A stretch of 62,962 nucleotides of DNA from an uncultured bacterium (GCA_903994795.1 CAJEYI010000001.1:1-62962), one strand, 5' to 3'. Positions 45,030 through 53,139 are shown, numbered from the stretch's first letter. A program made the numbers and translations. Notes: generated by a model not told the origin, from the letters alone.

Positions 45030-45800
45030 ATGATTGCGCAGCAGAGTGATATAGAAGGACTCAAAGAAGCAGGAAGACGCTTTGGGTCGATTCTCGATGC
45101 GGTCGCGGCTGCGGTACGACCTGGAGTGACGACTGGCGAACTCGATGCGCTTTCAGAGAAACTCATTCGTGATGGTGGAGACATTCCGTCTTTCAAAGGA
45201 TATCGACCAGAAGGTGCTCCGAGAGCATATCCTGCGACGTGCTGCATATCCGTGAACGACGAAGTCGTTCACGGTATTCCTGGTTCTCGAGTATTAAAAG
45301 AGGGCGATCTAGTAACGCTCGATCTCGGATTAACGCATGACGGGTACGTTATGGACTCAGCAGTGACTGTTCCTGTTGGAAAAGTCTCAAAGGAAGCCGA
45401 GGCACTTATGCGAGCGACGCAAGCGTCGCTCGAGTCTGCTATCCTTGCGGCGCGCCCTGGCGCGCGTATCGGCGACATTTCTCACGCCACAGAGCTCGCC
45501 TTCAAAGGCACAGGCTTCTCAGTCGTTAAGCTCCTAGGAGGTCATGGAGTGGGCGGAGCAGTCCATGAGGAGCCATTTATTGCGAACGCAGGCCATCCTG
45601 GAACAGGTCCAGAGATTGTTCCTGGTATGGTTCTCGCGCTTGAGCCTATCGCAAATGCCGGAAAGGCAAGTGTATTCATTGCTCCTGACGGCTTCACGTA
45701 TCGCACAAAAGATGGATCCATTTCAGCTCACTTCGAGCACACCATACTCGTACTAGACAATGAGACGATTGTTCTTACACGCCGCCCATCAGAAGGTTAG
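45030..45800 (+). CDS. map: methionine aminopeptidase type I
   Basis: VVHGIP, DLG, GHGVG and EP metal-ligand pattern. Confidence 0.95.
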   Translation: MIAQQSDIEGLKEAGRRFGSILDAVAAAVRPGVTTGELDALSEKLIRDGGDIPSFKGYRPEGAPRAYPATCCISVNDEVVHGIPGSRVLKEGDLVTLDLGLTHDGYVMDSAVTVPVGKVSKEAEALMRATQASLESAILAARPGARIGDISHATELAFKGTGFSVVKLLGGHGVGGAVHEEPFIANAGHPGTGPEIVPGMVLALEPIANAGKASVFIAPDGFTYRTKDGSISAHFEHTILVLDNETIVLTRRPSEG

Positions 45801-45894
45801 TGCTCGCAGCCTGTTTGCCTGGTATCTTCAGTTTTTTCCTTTATACTGCCTATATAAACGCCACCGGCGATTTTTTATTCATTTATAAAACCTT

Positions 45895-46503
45895 ATGCCC
45901 ATTCCTCATCCAAAGACAGAACGAACATTCGTTATTATTAAGCCAGATGGCGTTCAGCGCTCACTCATTGGAGAAATTATTAAGCGTTTTGAGCGTTCAG
46001 GCCTAAAGCTCATTGGTCTCAAACTCACAACTCTCGATTCAGACCGCATCTGGAAGCACTACAACAAAGACGATGCGTGGTTTATTAAGAAAGGTACAAA
46101 GATTGCTGAAGACCGTGCTGCTGCAGGACTTTCAGCTGAGAAGGAGCCAATTGAATACGGAAAGGACATCATCCGCGCTCTTGATAAGTTTATGACTGCT
46201 GGTCCTGTCGTCATGATGGCATGGGAAGGAAACTCTGCTGTTGGCGTAATCACAAAGCTTGTTGGTGGCACAGAGCCTTCAACATCAGACGTTGGAACAA
46301 TCCGCGGAGACTACACAATTGACTCATACAATATTGCAGCAATTGATGACCGTGCAGTTCGAAACCTCATCCACTGCTCAGATACTCCTGAGAACGCAGA
46401 GTCTGAAATCGCCCTCTGGTTTACTCCTGAAGAGCTTCTCTCATACCGCCTCATGGTTGATGAAATCCTCTATGATGTAAATCTAGACGGGATAATGGAG
46501 TAG
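45895..46503 (+). CDS. ndk: nucleoside diphosphate kinase (long variant with insertions)
   Basis: Motifs ERTFVIIKPDGV, GTIRGDY and NLIHCSD. Confidence 0.85.
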   Translation: MPIPHPKTERTFVIIKPDGVQRSLIGEIIKRFERSGLKLIGLKLTTLDSDRIWKHYNKDDAWFIKKGTKIAEDRAAAGLSAEKEPIEYGKDIIRALDKFMTAGPVVMMAWEGNSAVGVITKLVGGTEPSTSDVGTIRGDYTIDSYNIAAIDDRAVRNLIHCSDTPENAESEIALWFTPEELLSYRLMVDEILYDVNLDGIME

Positions 46504-46665
46504 GATATAATTCAAGCAGAAGCCAGTCGTTAAAACGCAACTTGCTTCAATTTAGGGAGGTTTATATCCCGCGAACCCGCAAAGTTTCCTTAGAAACTTT
46601 CAAAGGCGCGCGATGCGACCACCCACGTGGCACCCAAAAGTTGCCACAGACGGCTGGCTTCCGAC

Positions 46666-46696
46666 AAAACCCGCACTCGAAAGAGCTGTGGGTTTT
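46666..46696 (+). terminator. intrinsic terminator
   Basis: AAAACCCGCA-CTC-GAAA-GAG-C-TGTGGGTTTT. Confidence 0.65.
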
Positions 46697-46722
46697 GTCG
46701 TTGGCAGAATAACTTTGTGACA

Positions 46723-46751
46723 TTGACATTTTTATATAATATGTTTAATAT
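46723..46751 (+). promoter_or_regulatory. consensus promoter of GC-rich cassette C
   Basis: TTGACA, 17 nt, TAATAT. Confidence 0.6.
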
Positions 46752-46798
46752 GTATGCAACCACAAACCCGTGGTAACCACTATTGCTTGGAGGATTGC

Positions 46799-46993
46799 AT
46801 GGAAGTTCTTTCGGAGCTGGGTGCCTTGTACATCAATCTGGCGACGCGCTGGAACGAGTTCGCCGACAGGCACACTGTCGAAATAACGGTGTGCCTTGGC
46901 GAGCTCGCGCAAGCGGCTCTCGCTGGGTTCTTGTGGTATTGCCACAAGAACCCTTGCCGTACCGTCAACCGCCGCCCGTATCATCATCAGTAG
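46799..46993 (+). CDS. small Cys-containing protein (64 aa), GC-rich cassette C
   Basis: GGAGGA 5 nt before the ATG. 46 of 64 codons end in G/C. The region is open in several frames and contains a 12-bp perfect hairpin, so coding status is uncertain. Confidence 0.4.
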   Translation: MEVLSELGALYINLATRWNEFADRHTVEITVCLGELAQAALAGFLWYCHKNPCRTVNRRPYHHQ

Positions 46994-47042
46994 TCGCGCA
47001 CTCGTCGCCGGTCTTACTGAAGCCCCGGCTCTCTGAAGTCAA

Positions 47043-47080
47043 CCGCCGACAAGGTCTAACCTTGTCGGCGGGTTTCATTT
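47043..47080 (+). terminator. terminator of cassette C
   Basis: CCGCCGACAAGG-TCTAA-CCTTGTCGGCGG, then GTTTCATTTT. Confidence 0.7.
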
Positions 47081-47102
47081 TGTTATTGAAAGTTATGCGA
47101 AT

Positions 47103-48059
47103 ATGTTGAAATTTTTGGTATATGATGAACTTATGAGATTCAACAGTCCAGAAGGATTTAAAAAACTACAAGAAACAAAACCAATTCGAAAGACTGAAAC
47201 AAAAACAGTATTCGAAACCGATGCACATGGTGGCCCTGTGATCGAAGTTCTTGGTCCTAGACCCAAAGCATATTCGTTTCAAGTAGATACTAGCTATGAA
47301 AAGAAAACGCTACAAAGTCTAAAGGGAACTTTTTACTTAACTAAGATACTGCATTTACTAAGACCAGGCAGTGTGCCGGACATTAGGCAGTCCGGTGAAA
47401 CAAGAGAGGGTGAGCAGATTATTGATCGGGAATCGTATACGCGCAAGAAAATAAAAAAAATAGGCATAGCTGGAAAAGTACATGAAGAGATGCGCGATAT
47501 TGGCTTAGGTAATGCACTTGCACATAAGCCAGAGAATTATAACGAAAATGGTGACGGAAGTATTTCCTATTTAGAGGAGTTTGAACCATGGATAATTAAT
47601 CCAGAAACAAGGACAGTGGAATGGAACTTTGATAGAGATTCACTAATAGCAGCTATAGATGCAGTACAAGACCCTGAAGCGCAGACGAGGTGTAGGACTT
47701 TTTTTGAAAGACTTGAAATCCTGCATAACGAAGCACAAGAAAGTTTTGCCGATGCAGAGATTGCTCGGACTAAAGAAGCTCAAGAGCTTACGGAAAGGCT
47801 TGAGAGAATAATGGACGAATTTGAAAAAAAACACGATCTCGATTTGCTATTAAATATTAAGACTAAGGAAGAAGCAGAAGCGAGTAAGGAAAGAGTTGCT
47901 GCGCATGAGGACTTTAAAGCCATAGAACCAATCTTAAGATTGTTAGTTGTTCCGTATATTTCTGATGAAAAAATGCAGGAATTAACGGCCAGGAAACTTA
48001 TGTTTTCGAATGCAATTGGGGGCATAAATAATATAACTGGTTTAATGAACCGTAGATAA
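47103..48059 (+). CDS. hypothetical protein (318 aa)
   Basis: AT-rich ORF with a charged, helical C-terminal half. No motif recognised. Confidence 0.5.
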   Translation: MLKFLVYDELMRFNSPEGFKKLQETKPIRKTETKTVFETDAHGGPVIEVLGPRPKAYSFQVDTSYEKKTLQSLKGTFYLTKILHLLRPGSVPDIRQSGETREGEQIIDRESYTRKKIKKIGIAGKVHEEMRDIGLGNALAHKPENYNENGDGSISYLEEFEPWIINPETRTVEWNFDRDSLIAAIDAVQDPEAQTRCRTFFERLEILHNEAQESFADAEIARTKEAQELTERLERIMDEFEKKHDLDLLLNIKTKEEAEASKERVAAHEDFKAIEPILRLLVVPYISDEKMQELTARKLMFSNAIGGINNITGLMNRR

Positions 48060-48098
48060 AGTCACAAACGATACTATTAGTTTTGATATACTAGAATT

Positions 48099-48716
48099 AT
48101 GGAAAAGAATATCGAAGTCGAAATACGGGGACTACTTACACCAGAGGAATACTCGAAGCTGAAATCCTTTCTTGATAAAGAGGGTGAAAAGACAGAGGAA
48201 AAAGATAGAATTTTAATTGACTACTCCACATTTCTTCCTGGGGGAGTTGAGGAACGCAAGAAAGATATTCGATTGAGGGTCACGAATGGCGTGCCAGAAA
48301 TTGTGGTTAAGCTTGGGGAATGGGGCGGAACAGAGCAACGCAAAGAGCTGTCAGTTAAAACAGCGCCAGGAACATTCGACACACTGACTGAAATTTTTGA
48401 AGCACTAGGGTACGAGAAAGGGGTGCTAGCAGTACGCAAAAGTCAGGTATATATGTACAAAGATATAGAGTTTGCTCTCGTAGAGGTGCCTGGTCACAGT
48501 TATTACTTCGAAGCAGAAAAAATGGCACATGCTGAGGAAAACGCAGATGAATTACTTGAGGAGATGCAGGCCGTCTGTAAAGAATTGGGACTCTCAGTTT
48601 TTTCAAAAGAGGAATTCTTTGCGTATGTTCAAAAATTAAACAAAGAAGCGAACGGAGTATTCGATGCTTCTATGGCTGAGCCGGACTATTTCAAAAAGAA
48701 TTATGGTCTTGAGTAA
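48099..48716 (+). CDS. CYTH-domain protein (class IV adenylyl cyclase / triphosphatase family)
   Basis: N-terminal EVEIRG (ExExK-like) and alternating charged beta-strand pattern. Confidence 0.6.
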   Translation: MEKNIEVEIRGLLTPEEYSKLKSFLDKEGEKTEEKDRILIDYSTFLPGGVEERKKDIRLRVTNGVPEIVVKLGEWGGTEQRKELSVKTAPGTFDTLTEIFEALGYEKGVLAVRKSQVYMYKDIEFALVEVPGHSYYFEAEKMAHAEENADELLEEMQAVCKELGLSVFSKEEFFAYVQKLNKEANGVFDASMAEPDYFKKNYGLE

Positions 48717-48770
48717 AATGTACGTGAATTTACTCTTCGCGATAGATACGTACATTATTTAAATAATATG

Positions 48771-48802
48771 AAAACCCGCCGCGGTCCGGGGACAACGGCG
48801 GG
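48771..48802 (-). terminator. terminator of GC-rich cassette B
   Basis: CCCGCCG...CGGCGGG stem, followed by TTTT on the minus strand. Confidence 0.6.
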
Positions 48803-48824
48803 CGCTTCCAGAGTGGAAGATTTC

Positions 48825-48986
48825 TCAGGGCCTGCGGACTGACCGCGGGAAGAGCCTGGACTCGACCCAGTCGTAGGCGCGCTCGCCGACGAGGCACGTT
48901 GAGAGACACAGGCAGGAGGAGATCAGAGCGAAGCTCACTCCCGCCACAATCCTATGGGCGGCGGCCCACGTATCGAAATCACTCAT
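48825..48986 (-). CDS. small hydrophobic Cys-rich protein (53 aa), GC-rich cassette B
   Basis: Not in the ORF track because it is under 60 aa. GAGGA 6 nt before the ATG. 43 of 53 codons end in G/C. Product: MSDFDTWAAAHRIVAGVSFALISSCLCLSTCLVGERAYDWVESRLFPRSVRRP. Confidence 0.45.
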   Translation of the reverse strand: MSDFDTWAAAHRIVAGVSFALISSCLCLSTCLVGERAYDWVESRLFPRSVRRP

Positions 48987-49031
48987 CGTCTGTCCTCAAT
49001 TGAGTCACGCGGGATGCAGTGACTTCATGCT

Positions 49032-49082
49032 ATATTATACATATTTCAGTATATTGTCAAGTACACTGTTTAGTATTAATAT
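49032..49082. promoter_or_regulatory. back-to-back divergent promoters sharing the -35 (TTGTCAA/TTGACAA)
   Basis: Minus strand: TTGACA (49060-49055), 17 nt, TAATAT. Plus strand: TTGTCA (49054-49059), 17 nt, TAATAT (49077-49082), 6 nt before ATG 49089. Confidence 0.55.
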
Positions 49083-49088
49083 ATACAG

Positions 49089-49295
49089 ATGGCAACATAC
49101 TCCCGGCAATTTATAAACGATAAAGGTGAGTCAGTCTCTGTGCTTGTAGGGGATGATGACCGAAATGGAGTGAAGGGTGTGAGAATCTATGTGACGGCTC
49201 CAGACGAAGATTCAGAGATATTTGTTTCACGACAAGAGGCAGTTGAGGTGCTTGAAGGGCTTTCTAGGATAATGCGCACCAAGAATCCTCGCTAG
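49089..49295 (+). CDS. hypothetical small acidic protein (68 aa)
   Basis: Leaderless-type start. Divergent from cassette B. Confidence 0.4.
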   Translation: MATYSRQFINDKGESVSVLVGDDDRNGVKGVRIYVTAPDEDSEIFVSRQEAVEVLEGLSRIMRTKNPR

Positions 49296-49298
49296 TTG

Positions 49299-49760
49299 CT
49301 ATAGAGGGAGAAATTCGATTCGCTCAAAGTCCGCCGCGCGTTGTTTGTAGTATACGTTTGCACGGAACTCCTCACCTGCTACTGCTTTGGAGAACCATTC
49401 TCGATCTGACTCGAGCATGCGATCAAGAGGAAGTGCGTCAATAGGAAACCATTCAGGAATCATATCGACTGTTTCAGTTGGTGTGCCGGTGAATTCATGT
49501 GTGAGATATACGTGCACTTCAAAGTCTGGCTCGCCTGCTGCAAAGAATGTAATTATGGAGATGAGCTTGAGGCTCTCAGGATGGAGTGTAATACCAAGCT
49601 CTTCGTCAGTCTCTCGAATAACACATTCAACTGTAGTCTCGCCTGGTTCGACTTTTCCACCTGGACCGTTATAGGTTTGGGTACCAATCTCACCTTTTTT
49701 CTTAAGACCCAGCAAGACTTTGTCTTGCTGGCGAATAATTGCAAGTGTTGCGACTTTCAT
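49299..49760 (-). CDS. NUDIX hydrolase
   Basis: Nudix box GPGGKVEPGETTVECVIRETDEELGI. The start is taken at the internal ATG to avoid overlap. Confidence 0.85.
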   Translation of the reverse strand: MKVATLAIIRQQDKVLLGLKKKGEIGTQTYNGPGGKVEPGETTVECVIRETDEELGITLHPESLKLISIITFFAAGEPDFEVHVYLTHEFTGTPTETVDMIPEWFPIDALPLDRMLESDREWFSKAVAGEEFRANVYYKQRAADFERIEFLPL

Positions 49761-49816
49761 ATGTCTAATAGTATAGCAACGAATTGCGTTGGGATTTGGT
49801 GTGGTAAATTTAAGAG

Positions 49817-51217
49817 ATGTCACTACGTCTCACTTGCTACGGCGCTGCCGAAACTGTAACTGGTTCTAATTTCTTAGTGGAAGGTCCCAAAGGAAAGATT
49901 CTTATAGATTGTGGTATTGAGCAGGGAAGGGACTTTGTGGAGTCAGAAATGTATAAGCCGTTTGCGTATGATGTTCCTTCAATAGACGCACTCGTCATAA
50001 CGCATGCACACCTCGACCACATTGGTCGCGCACCGAAACTCATAAATGAAGGCTTTAAGGGTCGAGTGTTCACAACAGCTCCAACACGAGACCTCACCGA
50101 AATAATGCTTCGTGATACCGTGAAGATATTGGCGGAGACTGCTAGAGAGCACGGCCTCCCACTTCTCTATACAGATGACGACGTAACCAAGTTCCTTGAG
50201 AAGATTGAGGTCATTGCATATCACGAAGAAAAAGAAGTTGCTCCAGGGCTCTCAATCTTCTTGCGTCAGACCGGTCACATACTTGGTTCTGCAAGCGTGC
50301 GCATAAAAGATTTATCTGACGATACATCCCTCGCTCTCACTGGAGACATTGGAAATATGCCATCGCCATATCTTCCTGACTGGGAAGCGATCACTGATGC
50401 AGATGCGGTGCTTATGGAAAGTGTGTATGGAGACAGGGTAAATGCGGATAAGGAGGATCGTGTCGCGCTTTTGCGCGACACGATCAAGAAGTCCGTCGCT
50501 CGCGGCGGCGTCATTCTCATACCAGCATTCTCTATTGAGCGCACTCAGCTCATGCTCTACGAATTTTCAAAGTTAATGGAAGAAGGTGAGATTCCTCATG
50601 TGCCGGTGTATCTTGACTCACCACTCGCCATTAAAGCTACAGAAGTATATGAGAAGTGGGGGAGCGAATTCTTCAAGTCTGCTGCAGAAGAAGAGTTGCA
50701 CCGACGACATGATCTATTTAAATTCCCATTTCTCATGGAGACCCCTTCACGCCAGGATTCTGAGGAAATTGCAAAAGCACCTAATCCTAAAATCATTATG
50801 GCTGGCGCTGGCATGTCGCATGGTGGCCGTATCGGACATTGGGAGCAAAAATACCTTCCAGACCCAACGACCACACTTATCATTGTGGGCTATCAGGCTC
50901 CAGGAAGCCCTGGACGCTTGCTTCAGGATGGTGCGCCCCATGTACGTCTCGGAGGTGTAGATGTGCGTGTACGAGCCAAAATAGAGACTTTTGTGGGGTG
51001 GTCAGCACACGCAGACAGAGACGGATTACTTGATTTTGCAAAAGCGGCACTCCCAGAGTCAGGAGGACGCACGAAGAACTTCTTCGTGGCACTCGGCGAG
51101 CCGTCCTCGGCTCGCTTCCTCGCGCAGCGAATTCATGATTATCTAGGCACGAATGCCATAGTGCCCACACAGGGAGAAAGCTTTGAGATCACAAAAGATA
51201 AGATTAAGCGACTATAA
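49817..51217 (+). CDS. MBL-fold beta-CASP ribonuclease-like hydrolase
   Basis: ITHAHLDHIG, the beta-CASP pattern, and a C-terminal SAHAD. Confidence 0.8.
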   Translation: MSLRLTCYGAAETVTGSNFLVEGPKGKILIDCGIEQGRDFVESEMYKPFAYDVPSIDALVITHAHLDHIGRAPKLINEGFKGRVFTTAPTRDLTEIMLRDTVKILAETAREHGLPLLYTDDDVTKFLEKIEVIAYHEEKEVAPGLSIFLRQTGHILGSASVRIKDLSDDTSLALTGDIGNMPSPYLPDWEAITDADAVLMESVYGDRVNADKEDRVALLRDTIKKSVARGGVILIPAFSIERTQLMLYEFSKLMEEGEIPHVPVYLDSPLAIKATEVYEKWGSEFFKSAAEEELHRRHDLFKFPFLMETPSRQDSEEIAKAPNPKIIMAGAGMSHGGRIGHWEQKYLPDPTTTLIIVGYQAPGSPGRLLQDGAPHVRLGGVDVRVRAKIETFVGWSAHADRDGLLDFAKAALPESGGRTKNFFVALGEPSSARFLAQRIHDYLGTNAIVPTQGESFEITKDKIKRL

Positions 51218-51608
51218 ATCGTGATTCGAAGTGCTCTTCCAGTGTCATTAGGTCATCTTTGGTTGCATAGTTTTCTTCTATAATATCGAGCTTTTCTTCA
51301 ACGACATTGATTTTATTTTCAATAACGTCGACCTTGTTCTCAATTACGGTAACCTTTCGCTCTATAGCGTCAACTTTTTTCTCTACAGTATCAACCTTGT
51401 CCTCAAGTACGTCGAGTCTATCTTCGACAACTTGGAAGTTTGCAGTTACTTCTGCAAAGCCTCGCGCAGTTATGGCTGCGAGTTCGTCTATCTTTTCGTC
51501 AATTTTTTGATCTACCTGATCAAATCGTACGTTCATTTCCGTACTTAGTGCGCTGAGTTTGTTATCAATATTCCCAATTTGTTCGCTTAATGTTTCTAGT
51601 GTCATCAT
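51204..51608 (-). CDS. heptad-repeat coiled-coil protein
   Basis: Repeats LEDKVDT VEKKVDA IERKVTV IENKVDV IENKINV VEEKLDI. Resembles the 33298-33780 product. Confidence 0.55.
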   Translation of the reverse strand: MMTLETLSEQIGNIDNKLSALSTEMNVRFDQVDQKIDEKIDELAAITARGFAEVTANFQVVEDRLDVLEDKVDTVEKKVDAIERKVTVIENKVDVIENKINVVEEKLDIIEENYATKDDLMTLEEHFESRFIVA

Positions 51609-51743
51609 GTTGTTAGTAGTATCGTCTTAAATAAAAGTCGGGTCAAGCACTCGTGAAAGTATATAAATTTCATGCTGAAGAATACCTCAAGGAGTTCTAA
51701 AATATTTCTGAGTTTTGCTAGAAAGGAAGGGAAGCAGTGTTCA

Positions 51744-51810
51744 GGGCGAAAGCATAAAAGAAAAAATCCCGTCAGAATTTAGAGGGATTTTTTCTTTTAT
51801 GCTTTCGCCC
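51744..51810 (-). repeat. conserved-loop hairpin, copy 3 (27-bp perfect stem, loop reads TCTAAATTCTGAC on the minus strand)
   Basis: GGGCGAAAGCATAAAAGAAAAAATCCC/GGGATTTTTTCTTTTATGCTTTCGCCC, 14 nt after the rplT stop. Confidence 0.85.
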
Positions 51811-51824
51811 GTTCACTCGTTACT

Positions 51825-52175
51825 TTACGCTTCTACCTGCTTCGCAATTCTTGTGAAAATCTCTGGGTGCATCTGTGCGAATTCAGAAAGTACCTTTCGG
51901 TCGAGTTCCATTTCCTTTTTCTTCATGTTTGCAATGAATGTGCTGTATGACTTGAAACCATTCTCACGAATAGCAGCATTGAGACGTACGATCCAGAGGG
52001 ATCGGTAGTTGCTCTTATTATCTTTGCGGTGAGCAAAGGAGTTCTTTCCCGCGTGTACGAGGGACTCTTTCGCTGCTCGCTCTTTAGTTGAGCGACCATG
52101 ACGATATCCCTTCGCGCGCTTGAGAACGCTGCGACGTCGTTTTAGTGAGATGACTCCTCCTTTTACTCGTGACAT
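51825..52175 (-). CDS. rplT: 50S ribosomal protein L20
   Basis: MSRVKGG...RR pattern. Confidence 0.95.
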   Translation of the reverse strand: MSRVKGGVISLKRRRSVLKRAKGYRHGRSTKERAAKESLVHAGKNSFAHRKDNKSNYRSLWIVRLNAAIRENGFKSYSTFIANMKKKEMELDRKVLSEFAQMHPEIFTRIAKQVEA

Positions 52176-52199
52176 ACAAAATTGCTAAAGATTAATAAG

Positions 52200-52421
52200 T
52201 TATGCTGCAGGCTGTGTGCCGGAAATCTTCTTGCCACCATTTCCAGGAAGGAAACGTCGCATGATAGCTGTGGTGACGTTAAGGCGCTGCATGCCACCTT
52301 TGTTGTGCTTCTCGCTACCAGACTCAAGGGCGTTGTAGTGATCCTGACCAGGGCGGCGTGACATAAGCTTCCCATTTCGGGTAACTCGGATGCGCTTGCT
52401 GTATGCTTTGTTTGTTTTCAT
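52200..52421 (-). CDS. rpmI: 50S ribosomal protein L35
   Basis: MKTNKA.SKR..VT..GK pattern. Confidence 0.9.
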   Translation of the reverse strand: MKTNKAYSKRIRVTRNGKLMSRRPGQDHYNALESGSEKHNKGGMQRLNVTTAIMRRFLPGNGGKKISGTQPAA

Positions 52422-52426
52422 AAGGG

Positions 52427-53005
52427 TTATTGTTCAGGATTTACTTCTACGGTTGCTGGTTTTGGAGCGGAAGCGTTAGTTGCAGCTTTCGGATCTCGTT
52501 CGAGAATCGCAGCGAAGCCTTTCGGAGCTTTGGTAATTGGCTCGGCAATTCGGTACGGATAGGGGATAAGAAGCATGAATTTCTCGAGGCGAGCCTTGAG
52601 AAAAGCTTCTTCCATTCCCTTATAGCGGCCCTTGAGGAAGAGCTCCATACGTACTCGGTGCCCATCAGCAAGCCATTCGGCAGCTTTCTTGGCTTTGAGA
52701 CGCATATCATTCTCTCCAGTGCCCACTTTTATCTGTACTTCCTTGGTTTCTGAGACTTTTGCCTTCGCTCGGGCAGCACTTTCCTTTTTCTTCTGCTCGT
52801 ACTGAAATTTACCATAATCCATGATTTTCGCAACGGGGGGCACGGCATTTGGTGATATTTCGATCAAATCTAGCTCAACTGCCTGGGCAGCCTTAAGCGC
52901 ATCGGCAAATGACAATACGCCAAGGTTTTCACCTTGTGCACCGATGACGCGCAGCTCCGCTGCGCGTATTTCCTTATTAATTCTGACTTTCTCGGTTGTA
53001 CTCAA
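52427..53005 (-). CDS. infC: translation initiation factor IF-3
   Basis: INKEIRAAELRVIG, PPVAKIMDYGKF. The start is TTG (53005) or ATT (53011). Confidence 0.93.
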   Translation of the reverse strand: MSTTEKVRINKEIRAAELRVIGAQGENLGVLSFADALKAAQAVELDLIEISPNAVPPVAKIMDYGKFQYEQKKKESAARAKAKVSETKEVQIKVGTGENDMRLKAKKAAEWLADGHRVRMELFLKGRYKGMEEAFLKARLEKFMLLIPYPYRIAEPITKAPKGFAAILERDPKAATNASAPKPATVEVNPEQ

Positions 53006-53139
53006 AGCAATTTGGTTCCTTATACTGTACCACGTGAATGCTTAAGTCGCAATGAATTTACTACTCGTTTGCTGATTATACTGGAGGTCCTACACCTTCA
53101 TTAGAGTAAGTATGAATTTTTTCATGATAAATTTATCTA

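Noticed and set aside
46745-47109. Three additional overlapping ORFs in cassette C (46745-46987 minus, 46780-46968 minus, 46783-47109 plus), and the upstream extension of the 46754 ORF.
   Set aside because: Multiple open frames are expected in a GC-rich segment. Only the ATG at 46799 has an SD at the correct spacing and lies downstream of the TTGACA-17-TAATAT promoter. The coding status of even that frame remains uncertain.
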